This document shows, piece by piece, positions 12,513 to 23,830 of a stretch of DNA of 44,416 nucleotides. The notes beneath the pieces were generated by a model. That model did no database searches. It was given only the letters and a program-made list of their open reading frames with translations, and was not told the DNA's origin. The stretch is from Octopus bimaculoides (taxonomy: Eukaryota): positions 44,737,400 through 44,781,815 of the forward strand of contig NC_068998.1 in the NCBI RefSeq assembly GCF_001194135.2, written 5' to 3'. The position numbers were made by a program, and so were the translations under genes. The stretch's first letter is position 1, and each line of letters opens with the position of its first letter.

Positions 12513-12870
12513 GATGCCAAGGCATGGCTGTGTGGTAAGAAGCTTGCTTCCCAACCACATGGTTCAGGGTTCAGTCCCACTGTGTGGCAACTTGGTGAAA
12601 TGTTTTCTACTATAGCCTCGGGTCGACCAAAGCCTTGTGAGTGGATGTGGTAGGTGGAAACTGAAAGTAGCCCATCGGACTTGTGTGTGTTTGTGTGTTT
12701 GTCTCCCGGCCAGCACTTGACAACTGATGCTGGTGTGTTTATATCCCTATAACTTAGTGGTTCGGCAAAACAAAAACCAATAGAATAAGTACTAGGCTTA
12801 CAAAGAATAAGTCTTGAGATTGATTTCTTTGACCAAAACTCTTTAAGTTGGTGTAAAAGAATAAAAGAAT
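12513..12870 (+). mobile_element. Family A SINE, near full length
   Basis: Head, body, TG microsatellite and most of the 3' module; the terminal segment is deleted. Confidence 0.8.
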
Positions 12871-13585
12871 ATCTCTGTGTATATGTGTGATGTAGCATCA
12901 TTTAATGTTCTATAACTTGAAGTTAATTGGTTGGGGTAGTAAATTAAAACGGGTGTAAAAGAAAAGGAAATCACATAAATAAAAGGAACAAAGCCCAAAT
13001 AGAAACTGTATGAAGCTGATTGAACTCAAGGCTAACAGAATGTACAATAATACATGACATTGATACATAAAGGGTATATCAGGGTGTATTCATAGTAAAA
13101 TATCATAATTATTTCCAAATAAACAATATGTGGGAACACTTTTTAAACTTTCTCAATTAACAAAAACCCCTTAATTTGGCAGCTGTGTAGTAATTTGTGG
13201 AATGGTTACCTTAATTTGAATACAGGTTTTGGTGACAGGAATGGCACCCAGCCATAAAACATCTGCTTCAGCATAAAGTTTCGTTTAACACATGCTGGCA
13301 TAGAAAAATTGACATAAATATGCTGGAGGTGAGAGAATTGTTGTTCTTGATGGCATACTGGGTTTCCATACTAAATCTGTCAACCATAACGATATCTCTC
13401 ATGAAGCATAGATCTGCATGAAGATTAGACAAAGGTGTCACATGGTGGAATAGAACCCAACACTGTGTGATTACAAAGCAAACATCACTACCACACGTCC
13501 ACAAAGCCATGTCAGCTTTTATGCCATTACTCGCATATCTGTCTGTCTGTCTGTTTGTTTGTTTGTTTGTTTGTTTGTCTGTCTA

Positions 13586-13772
13586 TGTCTGTTATATAAC
13601 TAACTGGCACTCCATTGGTTACAATGATAAGGATTTCAGTTGATCCAACCAACAAAACAGACTACTTGTGAAATTAACATGTAAGTGGCTGAGCACTCCA
13701 CAGACATGTATGCCCTCAAATTTAGTTTCCAAGGAGATTCAGCACGACACAGAATGTAACAAGGCTGGAGAC
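13586..13772 (-). mobile_element. SINE-like dispersed repeat family B
   Basis: TGGCACTCCATTGGTTACAATGATAAGGATTTCAGTTGATCC...GTGGCTGAGCACTCCACAGACA...ACAGAATGTAACAAGGCTGG. The core is also present at 4700-4780 in the opposite orientation. Confidence 0.55.
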
Positions 13773-14210
13773 CATGGTTGAAGCCAATGGCAATTTTATT
13801 GATTAAATTTACTCTTTAGTCGTTCAAGATATTTTTATGCAGTTTTGGTAAATATATCTGTTAAAATGAGGCGCCAGTGCTATTTTCATTTTTGCATAAT
13901 TTAGACAACAATTCATTTACTGCACCCTGTATGTGTGTGTGTGTGTTTCATTTAATATCTACTGTTCAATCTTACATGGATTGGACTGTTTGACTGTTTC
14001 TGATGACTTAGAAGAAGGCTTTGTACTCTAATATCTATTTTGGCATGGTTTCTGGGACTGAATACCCTTTCTAATGCCAACACTTTACAGAGTATATTGA
14101 GTGCTTAAGGCATCAATACTGAAGATATCACATTGCGATTTTCAAAACGAGAGAGTCTTAAAGGACCTATGTAACTGAAGAAAAGGCAAGCAAGAGAGAG
14201 TGAAATGTTG

Positions 14211-14245
<35 letters not shown>

Positions 14246-15179
14246 NNNNNNNNNNNNNNNNNNNNNNNNNNNNNNNNNNNNNNNNNNNNNNNNNNNNNNN
14301 NNNNNNCTGGTGAACCAGATGGCTACACCAGGCTCTAATCTGATTTGGCAGGGTTTATATATATAAACTTTGTAGCTTTCTTATTTTCGATTTTCTTTTC
14401 CATACACGAACATAACCTTATGTTCATGAACGGAATTATAGTGCATTTTCAAGATCAAATTTAAAGCAATATTTTTGAGCTTAAAATAAATGTTATTCAG
14501 TAAAATATTGACTGGAATACTCATTTTGATTATCAACAGAAACATGTACAATAGTTTTTAAGAATCTCTTTGCATGCAAACACATATACACAAACACATA
14601 TATTTAAGTCCTTTGCTAACTGAAAAATTTTTCCACCCATCATTATCCAGTCATTTTTTTCTGTACTACACTATCAATATGTTCTTCCATCTTTTTCGAT
14701 CTTTCGAATGCAATGTATCAAAGATCACATTAGCCAATTTGTTATGGCTGCTATTTCTAGCAGGGTGAGTGACTATATAGAGACTTTTTCACCAGCTTGC
14801 TATTACTGCTCTTGTTCAACCCCAGGTTGGCCCTGATTGTATTATGATCAAATACCTTCCTGCCATGACTATCCCATATTTCATTACAATATTACTGAAT
14901 ATGTCCTTTATTTAAAATGGTATCAGGTCATTTGTATGAGTTTTCACTACTATTTCAGCAGATCGGGTAGCTTGCAAAGAAGTTCTTTTTGCTGTTGTAG
15001 TTGTTTAATGTGATTTAACTGGGAGAGGTTTGGGGAGTTGAAAAAGGCTTTCCTTCCTTCTCCCCCATCATTCACTGCAAATTCAATGATTCTTGCCAAT
15101 TAAGGAACCCCTAAGGTGTCTGACTAATTAAGGCAACAGATGCTGTGAGGAAATGTATTTAAGGTTTCAACATCCATGA

Positions 15180-15625
15180 GACTCACACCTTCACCTATGC
15201 TACAACCACTGCCATGACAGTGCTACCACAACCACTACCACCTCCACCACAACAACCACTATCACCACCGCCATCGCAACCATAACCACAACTGCAGAAT
15301 TCCCTAATGTAACACTACCTCCTCCCCTACTGCAACTATTATCCCCACCACCACTGCATCACCCCATTAACACCACCCCTGTCACCATTTATACAATACC
15401 CCACTTTTACTACTGCTACTACTTGCATTGCAATGTTCGCACCATTAATGTGATAATACCACTACTACTGCACAAAGCAATGCTACCACCTAAACCACAA
15501 CTACTGCAACACCCTACCATTACTGTGTCCCCCAGTGAAGTGGTACATTCACCACTAATGTGACACTACCACCACAACCCTCACCATTTACCACCTGCAT
15601 CACTGCTATTGTGGCACTCTTACTA
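15180..15625. repeat. Degenerate (CAC/TAC)n low-complexity block
   Basis: C/A-rich triplet-periodic sequence with no long open frame listed. Confidence 0.7.
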
Positions 15626-15626
15626 C

Positions 15627-16250
15627 TAATAAGCCTTTATATTATAGGTGCAAATTTTTGGGAAGGGGGCTAGTTTATTACTTCGACCCCAGTATTTAAC
15701 TGGTACTTAGTTTATCAACTACAAAATGATAAAAAGTATAGTCGACCTTGGCAGAATTTGAACTCAGAACATAAAGATGGACAAAATGCCGCTATTTTAC
15801 CCAGCTCACTGCCTTAATAATCATAATAATAATCCATTCTACTAAAACCATGAGGTTTGAAATTTTTGGGGAAGGAGCTAGTCATTTATATTGACCCCCA
15901 TATGTAACTGGTACTTATTTTGTTGACCCCAAAAGCAAAGTCAACCTCAGTGGAATTTGAATTCAGAACGTAAAGACAGACAAAATGCCACTAAGCATTT
16001 TACCCAGCTCACTGCTTTAATATCTGCTAAAGGCACAACGACTGAAATTTTGAGGGAGGAGCTAGTCGATTATATTGACCCACATACATAACTGGTACTT
16101 ATTTCATTGACCCCCCCCCCCACAAAAAAAAAAGATAAAATGCAGAGTCGCCTCTGGCGGAATTTGAACTCAGAACGTAAAGATGAACGAAATGCCACTA
16201 AGCCGTTTTCTTGGCACAGTAACAATTCTGCCAGCTCGACGCCTTAATAA
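15627..16250 (-). mobile_element. Tandem array of three copies of tRNA-derived SINE family E
   Basis: Units start near 15627, 15815 and 16018. The minus strand has head GGCG.CGAGCTGGCAGAA, B-box-like GTTCAAATTCC and the motif GGGGTCAA..AAATAAGTACCAGT. Dispersed copies at 18995, 22572, 31135 and 35245. Confidence 0.8.
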
Positions 16251-16254
16251 CAAT

Positions 16255-16395
16255 ATTCTTTTACTTGTTTCAGTCATTTTGACTGCGGCCATGCTGGAGC
16301 ACCACCTTTAGTCGAGCAATTCGTCTCTAGGACTTATTCTTTGTAAGCCTACTATTTATTCATCAGTCTTTTTTGCCGAACTGCTAGGTTACTAC
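16255..16395 (-). mobile_element. Family A SINE 3' fragment, young
   Basis: Near-exact reverse complement of the 3' module seen at 29140-29263. Confidence 0.85.
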
Positions 16396-17030
16396 TACTA
16401 CTACTACTACTACCACCACAACTACCACCAAGACCATTAAGACCAACACTGCCATTGCCACCAACACCACTGTCACTAGCAGTGGTTGTAGCAGTGGTAC
16501 TGCTGGTCTTGGAAGTGGTTGTGATACACTGGTTGTGGTACTGATGGAGATAGTGATAGTAACATGGTGGTGGTGGTGGTGGTGGTGGTGGTAATGGTAT
16601 GGTCATATCAGTAATGGTGATTGATGATAGCAATAATTGCGATGGTAGCAGTGCTGGTGGTGGTGAAGGAGATGGTGCTCTGGTCTTGTTGGTGATGGTA
16701 TAAATGGAATGATAAATGTGCTATTAGGGGTTGTTGAGGCAGTGGTTTTGGGGTTTGTTTTGTTGCTGTTTTTCCTTCCGGATTGCTACATTTGTTTTCT
16801 TTCTTTGATTTTCGGAGCCGCCTCTTTAGTAGGCAGCTCCACTGTTTTCTTACGTCATNNNNNNNNNNNNNNNNNNTGGTTGTGGTAGTGGTGGTGGTGG
16901 TGGTGGTTGTGGTTGTGTTGGTTGTGGTAGTGGTGGTGGTAGTGGTGGTGGCGGTTGTTGTTGTTGTTGTTGTTGTTGTGGTGGTGGTGGGGGTTGTTGT
17001 TGTTGTTGTCGTTGATGTAGCAACATTGCT
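16395..17030. repeat. Degenerate (TAC/CAC)n then (GGT/GTT)n triplet repeats
   Basis: Direct reading. Polarity switches from C-rich to G-rich near 16470. Confidence 0.75.
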
Positions 17031-17279
17031 TGCAGTCGAAACTGATAACCGATTTAAAGAAGGATGTAGAAAGAAGGCGATTAAAGGATTGTTAAGTATG
17101 AGTGAGAATGATAAATCAATTGTTTCCTGCAGTGGGAGGGAGGAGCTTTATGAACTATGGGAGCAGAGGAATGTTGGGGAGAAGTCTTTGCAATAAAACA
17201 AAGGAAAAACAATAAAAAAGAAAAAGGGAATGAAACAAAATAAAATGAAAATAATACCTGAAATGAAAGTTTCACTGAG

Positions 17280-17960
17280 GAGGAGGAGATGATGATGATG
17301 ACAATGATAATGATGATGATGATGATGGTGGTGACGATGATGATGATTGAGAGGATGATGACAATGATGATGATGAGGATGATTGGGATGACGATGATGA
17401 CAATGGTGACAATGATGATGATGATTAAGAGGATGATGATGACAATGATGATGATAATGATGATGCGGATGATGAGTGGAGTTATACACAGTGGGGTACA
17501 TCAGTAATCTGAAAATTGATTGACCCCACCCTACCCAAATATCTGCCCATCATAGCCTCCCCCCCCCCCNNNNNNNNNNNNNNNNNNNNNNNNCCCCCCG
17601 CTCTCCCAATAATTCTTGATAATGTTGATGTAACTGTACCAACAACCCCAGTGCCATTACCATTATGCAGCACCACCACTCTCCCCCCTCCACTATCCCC
17701 CCACCACCACTATCCTCACTGCCATCACCGTCACCACTGCTCCCCTCCCAACATCCACCCCACACATCACCATCATCCTGGTTTACCCTCCTCTAATACC
17801 ACAGCACCACTCATCCACCACATGGAACCATCACCACCACTACTACTACTACTACTACGATTACCACCCATCCGCTCACCCATGCCATCACGCCTGCCAC
17901 CCATCACCCATGCCCCCACCCTCATTGTCATCAGTGCTGCTACTCTATCCTGAACTGCAA
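17280..17960. repeat. (GAT)n-derived block (17280-17480) and (CAC/CAT)n-derived block (17520-17960)
   Basis: The poly-M, poly-H and poly-P ORFs in the track arise from these repeats. Confidence 0.75.
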
Positions 17961-18026
17961 CAATGATGCACATAATACATGTGCACATTTGCAATTAATC
18001 CTTAATAATTATATTTCATTTCATTT

Positions 18027-18088
18027 AAACAATAACTTTACCACCCCCCAGCATCCACCTGGATGTGGGGGTGGTAAAGTTATTGTTT
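18027..18088. repeat. Near-perfect 29-bp inverted repeat (hairpin/cruciform)
   Basis: AAACAATAACTTTACCACCCCCCAGCATCCA-CC-TGGATGTGGGGGTGGTAAAGTTATTGTTT. The arms are complementary except for two single-base bulges in the left arm. Confidence 0.95.
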
Positions 18089-18143
18089 CTGTTTCATAAA
18101 TTTTTAATTAGTTCTGTGAATGTGTGTCCCCCACCTCACTTAC

Positions 18144-18175
18144 CTTCGTCTTTTCTGCCCATCAAGGCTATTGTT
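18144..18175 (-). other. Candidate 32-nt microexon (minus strand)
   Basis: TTGCATACCTTACAG|AACAATAGCCTTGATGGGCAGAAAAGACGAAG|GTAAGT has a strong acceptor and a perfect donor. Two open frames: [10 protein letters not shown] and [10 protein letters not shown]. Confidence 0.3.
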
Positions 18176-18319
18176 CTGTAAGGTATGCAATTAAGACCGG
18201 TGATACAAACATAAGAATTATATGTACATATATATATATATGTATATAGGCATAAACATACATATACATACATACATATATATACATACATATGCATTTA
18301 TATATATATGTGCATATAA

Positions 18320-18365
<46 letters not shown>

Positions 18366-18371
18366 CAAATT

Positions 18372-18545
18372 TACTGAAAACAAGAGACGAAGACAGGTGA
18401 AGGAACAACAAGCAGATGTATTAGTTTAACGCTTGGGAAGAATGGAGAAGTTTTTGACATTTTGAGCCGAAGCTCTTCAACAGAAAGGATTGAGGGGGAA
18501 AAAAAAGAAGAGAGAATGAAAAAATACAGAGAGAGGGGAAAAAAT
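18372..18545 (-). mobile_element. Penelope-like element terminal (pseudo-LTR) fragment
   Basis: GACGAAGACAGGTG...GATGTATTAGTTTAACGCTTGGGAAG...GAGCCGAAGCTCTTCAACAGAAAGGA beside a (TA)n array; contains a hammerhead-like motif, a known feature of PLE termini. The family assignment is from memory. Confidence 0.55.
18451..18489 (-). ncRNA. Decayed minimal type-I hammerhead ribozyme motif
   Basis: Minus strand: CCUUU CUGUUGA A GAGC-UUCG-GCUC AAAA UG UC AAA. Stem II is perfect with a UUCG tetraloop. Core deviations: A6U, G12A, and UG in place of CG in stem III. Confidence 0.6.
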
Positions 18546-18569
18546 GTGTAGGGAGGGTACATGACATAG

Positions 18570-18795
18570 TGATTAGGGTGTTTCACGATTTATTAGATCG
18601 TGATTTCAATTCCTAAACTGGGTACTGCATTGTGTTCTTGAACAAAACACTTCATTTCATGCTGCACTACGATCACTTCGACACCTGTTACCTGGTACAT
18701 GGTGCACCTGTTCAGACAATGTTGATTTGATGGAAAGAGTGAGGTGATGTGCAGCACAAACATTTGGTCATTTTAAATGAATCATTTGTGTTCAC
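18570..18795 (+). mobile_element. SINE family C copy
   Basis: Aligns by eye with 10395-10660 (TTCAATTCC, TGTGTTCTTGAACAAAACACTTCATTTCA, GATCACTTCGAC, TGCACCTGTTCAG). Confidence 0.6.
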
Positions 18796-18991
18796 TTTTA
18801 TTTTCAATATTTTGAGGGCCATAAGCAAGCATGGTCCCAGGAACTTTTCAAAGGGAGAGCACAAGGCCAGCAGGGAATACAATTCCAGGAAAAAAGGGTG
18901 CAATAACATTATTTAGAAGGGTGCACTTCTGTTTTTGAGGGGGGCACATGCCTCTCAGCCCCCCCCCCTCAGGTTTGCCCCTGATAAAGAT

Positions 18992-19190
18992 GTGAGCTGG
19001 CAGAAAAGTAGCATGCCAGATAAAATGCTTAGCGGCAGTTTGTCCATCTTTACGTTCTGAGTTCAACTTCTGCCTAGGTCACCTCCGCCTTTAATTTTTT
19101 TCAGGGTCGATAAAATAAGTGCAATTTGAGTAATGGAATAGACCTACTCTCTCCCCAAAATTGCTGGCCCTGTGCCAAAATTTGAAACCA
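18992..19190 (+). mobile_element. SINE family E copy
   Basis: GAGCTGGCAGAAA...TTACGTTCTGAGTTCAAC...GGGTCGATAAAATAAG...CCAAAATTTGAAACCAAT. Confidence 0.75.
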
Positions 19191-19351
19191 ATATTCTGAG
19201 GTCCAAAACAAGTATAGTACCAATCACATAACATAAGATCAATGAAATATGGGACCAATCAAGCATAGCAGTTGATTTATATTCCTATAATGCATCCTAG
19301 ATGTAAATTGAACCATAACAGTGTACAATCAAGCCTCATCCCCTTAGAAAG

Positions 19352-19720
19352 ATGGTTCCAGGTTCAGTCCCACTGCATGGCACCTTGGGCAAGTGTCTTC
19401 TACTATAGCCTCGGGCCGACCAAAGCCTTGTGAGTAGATTTGGTAGACGGAAACTGAAACAAGCCTGTTGTATATATATGTGTATATATATATGTGTGTG
19501 TATGTTTGTGTGTCTGTGTTTGTTCCCCCAACATCACTTGATAACCGATGCTGGTGTGTTTACATCCCTATAACTTAGCAGTTCGGCAAAAGAGACCGAT
19601 AGAATAAGTACTAGGCTTCCAAAGAATAAGTCCTGGGGTCGATTTGCTCGACTAAAGGTGGTGCTCCAGCATGGCCGCAGTCAAATGACTGAAACAAGTA
19701 AAAGAGTCAAAGAGTAAGAG
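19352..19720 (+). mobile_element. Family A SINE, 5'-truncated, young
   Basis: Near-identical to 28915-29263. Confidence 0.9.
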
Positions 19721-20326
19721 TAATAAAAACTACTTTGATTTGATTTGAACTTAGAATACAGCATTACATACCTAAATATTGCAAGTCAGTCTATCGAGTC
19801 TATAACTTCACCCCCCCCCCCCNNNNNNNNNNNNNNNNNNNNNNCCCCCCGCTTTCATATGTATTAAACTTGAAACGTTTTCAAGGTGAATCAATGGAGA
19901 TCTATTGTACTGACTTAACATCAACGTGAGAGATTTGTTACAGAATAGCCAAAAGGTGTGTAATTGTCTTTTAGACTCGTTAGTGTTTGGTCAGGCATTA
20001 ATCTGTTGAATAATTTATACAGATTTAATAGCAGATTCTTCTTGTGTCTGTTCTCAAATAACCCAATGCATACATATTCACATTTCTGTGAACTTTTAAC
20101 AAATATATGACCTCAATTACCTATTTATTATACCTTTTACACCAAATCTCTATGTGTGTATGCATTTATATATTTGTTTGTGTATGTTTGTGTTTGAGTG
20201 TGTATGTCTATGTGTATGAGTGTGTTTGCTGCAGCAGCATGTATGAAGAGATATGAAGTATGTTTTGTATATAGCTATGTACAATAAATGCTTAGAAAGA
20301 CAAGTTTGTACATAAAGCATGTATAT

Positions 20327-20360
<34 letters not shown>

Positions 20361-20864
20361 CCACCACCACACAAAAACTCAGACCACAGCCACACACATA
20401 CACACACACACATTCATATCACCAATCTATTTTTTGTGAAAGAATGGACCATGGACATCAGTATTTTATTGTCTTTGAGTCTGAAGTAGTAGTAGTAGTA
20501 GTAGTAGCAGCAGCAGCAGCTGCAGCAGTAGTGGTGCTGGTAACTGTGTTGATAGAGGCAGTGTGTGGCTGTAACTGAAACTGTGACAGTTAAGTGATTG
20601 CAAGATAATATACAGGTGAGAATAGAAGTGGTGCGGAAAATAGCATATGTTTACAAGTTCCTTGGTTCATCTTAGCCATCAAAGCCAACCTGGAGCCGTA
20701 TCACCTTCAGAATTGAATAGTCTTTGTCTTCTGTGTCATCTCTGCACATATCAAAGGGTCCTGAGTAATTTTGTTGGGTTTGTCAGTGTATGTCCTCCAG
20801 TCTTTAGTTGGGAAACTAATAAAATGGGGTTAACTCCTTTTGTTTTGATTGTAACCTCTTTTGT

Positions 20865-21041
20865 AGATGCCTGATTGCAGTGTGGGGAGAAGCTTGCTTC
20901 CCAACCACAGGGTTCCAGGTTCAGTCCCACTGTATGGCACCATGAGCAAGTGTCTTCTACTATAGATTTGGGCTGACTAAAGCTTTGTGAGTGGATCTGG
21001 TAGATGGAAACTTAAAGAAGCTCTTTGTATGTATGTGTGTG

Positions 21042-21088
<47 letters not shown>

Positions 21089-21620
21089 NNNNNNNNNNNN
21101 NNNNNNNNNNNNNNNNNNNNNNNNNNNNNNNNNNNNNNNNNNNNNNNNNNNNNNNNNNNNNNNNNNNNNNNNNNNNNNNNNNNNNNNNNNNNNNNNNNNN
21201 NNNNNNNNNNNNNNNNNNNNNNNNNNNNNNNNNNNNNNNNNNNNNNNNNNNNNNNNNNNNNNNNNNNNNNNNNNNNNNNNNNNNNNNNNNNNNNNNNNNN
21301 NNNNNNNNNNNNNNNNNNNNNNNNNNNNNNNNNNNNNNNNNNNNNNNNNNNNNNNNNNNNNNNNNNNNNNNNNNNNNNNNNNNNNNNNNNNNNNNNNNNN
21401 NNNNNNNNNNNNNNNNNNNNNNNNNNNNNNNNNNNNNNNNNNNNNNNNNNNNNNNNNNNNNNNNNNNNNNNNNNNNNNNNNNNNNNNNNNNNNNNNNNNN
21501 NNNNAAAAAAAAAAAAAAAAAAAAATGTACTCAGTCAATTCATTCAACTAAAATCTCTTCAAGGTGGTGCCTCAGTATGGCTGCAATCTAAAAGACTGAA
21601 ACAAATAAAAGAAAAATAAG
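20865..21620 (+). mobile_element. Family A SINE spanning an assembly gap
   Basis: Head and body at 20865-21030, then (TA)n and a gap, then the 3' module at 21525-21620. Confidence 0.7.
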
Positions 21621-22144
21621 TGGGTTTTTTTCTTTATATATCTCAAGGAAAATTTTAGCCATGTTTTAAATTCCTTTAAAGTTGTATGACCAAGGACTTT
21701 TAAATGCCAACATTGTTGCTGTAAAGTTTCCTGGTTCAAGAGTTTGAGGAAAGCATCTGCCAGTATTAACCATTCTTTTTACATTCTCTCTCCTATACGC
21801 TGAAGTTATTCATGATTTTCATGAATCTTCCATATATATGTTATAGTATTTCACTCCAGCCAAAATTCCAAAGAATGTTGATGTAAATGTATAAAGACAT
21901 TCCATGTAGATATATGGTCTTGTTTTCAATTATTTAATCATTTATTTTTTGTTTAATAAATGCTTTTGTTTTTATTTTTTGGCTGTTGGGAAGGCTTGGA
22001 CTTCTAATGAATCATATAAGTGAATAGTACACCCAACCTGCTCAAAATAAGGGGTTTCCAGTGTCTCAAATTCTCTGTCGGACCTCTCATTACAAATGTT
22101 CTTAATACACAGGCTCTGTGTTCCAGACAGACTGTTGACCATTT

Positions 22145-22485
22145 CTTTATCTCTTGTTTTTCACTTGTTTCACAGTGGCCATGCTGGGGCACCACATTGA
22201 AGGGTTTTTTTGTCAAAGAACAATTTTTTTGTTAAAGCTTGGTACTTATTTTATTCATCTCTTTTACCGAACTGCCAAGTTACGGAAAGGTAAATAGACC
22301 AACACCGATTGTCAAGCGGTGTTGGGTAGGGGACAAACAGACACAAACACACACATGGTGGCACAACACATACACAGGCTTCTTTCAGTTTCTATCTACG
22401 AAGTCCACTCACAAGGTTATGGTCGGCCCAAGGCTGTAGTAGCAGACACTTGCCCAAGATGTTACACTCTGGGACTGAGCCTGAA
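22145..22485 (-). mobile_element. Family A SINE, inverted
   Basis: Reverse complement of the 3' module, microsatellite slot and body (CACTTGCCCAAG...GGGACTGAG). Confidence 0.8.
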
Positions 22486-22571
22486 TATGTCTCAACAAAA
22501 CCTGCATATGCATCCATGGAGCATCCACCAAGTTTTGAATTATTTATCTCTCTGAAAGAAGCTAGATCATA

Positions 22572-22790
22572 TTGGTTTCAAATTTTGGCAGAAGGCCAGC
22601 GATTTTAAAGGAGGGGTAAGTCTGTTACGCCTACTCCAGTATTCATCTGGTATTTATTTTAATCAACCACAGAAGAACGAAAGACAAGGTCGACCGTGGT
22701 CAAACTTGAACTCAGAATGTAAAAATAGATGAAAATCTGTGAAGCATTTTGCCTGTCATGCTAACAATTCAGCCAGCTCACCACCATAAA
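22572..22790 (-). mobile_element. SINE family E copy
   Basis: TTGGTTTCAAATTTTGGCAGAAGGCCAGC...GGTCGACCGTGGTCAAACTTGAACTCAGAATG...CCAGCTCACCACC. Confidence 0.75.
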
Positions 22791-23230
22791 GCAAGCTAGA
22801 ATTATTGAAGAATTATTGGAGATCCTTCTTCCATAACAGGACATTGAAATATTGGGAACAGAATGAGATGGCATTGTTATTGATCCAGTTGCATGTGACG
22901 ACTACATTTTCTTGAAAAGCATATCATCATTGATCAAGATTTCTTGCATCACATCAGTATAGTCTTCATAGCTTTTGCGTGTGACTGATTATATATTTGA
23001 GTGTTTGTCTGACAACGTTATGCAGAAAGAAAAAGAAGACCCAGAACAGCACCTTAAGGTACACCACTTGTTACAACACACATTTTAGAAATTTATCATT
23101 TAGCCAGTATCATTTGATTTCAGCTTTACAGGAAATCAGAGATCTAAAATCTTCTGACATGATTTCTTGGCTAACTTCGTTAAAGATTGAAATGTATCTT
23201 TGTGTGTGTGTGTGTGTGTGTGTATCTGTG

Positions 23231-23290
<60 letters not shown>

Positions 23291-23447
23291 AGACAGCTGG
23301 CATCCAAAGGCACAACCTTCAGAGGCTTCCGTTGATATCAACCCTACTCCGTTTTTAAGAGTGGAACTTATTTTGTTCATCCTTATTTGTTCAGCCACTA
23401 GCTCATAATATATAAAGGTACACACCAAAAACATGACTTGCTTTTAT

Positions 23448-23830
23448 ACAGGTATGGCTATGTGGTAAGAAATTTGCTTCCCAACCACATGGTTCTGGGT
23501 TCAGTCCCACTTCGTAGCACTTTGGACAAGTGTCTTCTACTTTAGCCTTGGGCCAACTAAAGCCTTGTGAATAGATTTCATAGAGAGAAACTGAAAGAAG
23601 CTTAATGTGTGTGTGTGTGTGTGTGTGTCCCCACTGCTGCTTGAGAACTGGTGTTAGTTTGTTTACGTCATTGTAACTTAACAGTTCAGCAAAAGGAAAC
23701 GATAAAATGAGGACCCGACTTAGAACAATTTATTGAGGCTGATTCGTTCAACTATAGCAAATAAAAATTCTTTAGGGCAGTGCTCCAGCAGGGTAGCAGT
23801 CAAATTATTGAAAAAGGTAAAAGAAAAAAA
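23448..23830 (+). mobile_element. Family A SINE, older full-length copy (further fragment at 23930-24090)
   Basis: Head CAGGTATGGCTATGTGGTAAG, body, (TG)n slot and 3' module are all present. Confidence 0.8.

Noticed and set aside
13075-13930. Possible Tc1/mariner element bounded by CAGGGTG and CACCCTG|TA
   Set aside because: The match does not extend beyond 7 bp and the left end lacks a clean TA target.
20690-20760. Possible minus-strand exon GPFDMCRDDTEDKDYSILK
   Set aside because: A-rich, weak acceptor and mediocre donor (GTGATA).
21600-21800. Two overlapping open minus-strand frames (YRRENVKRMVNTGRCFP...; KEWLILADAFLKLLNQ...)
   Set aside because: No start codon with good context, no donor and no recognised motif; cannot be told from chance or a decayed element.
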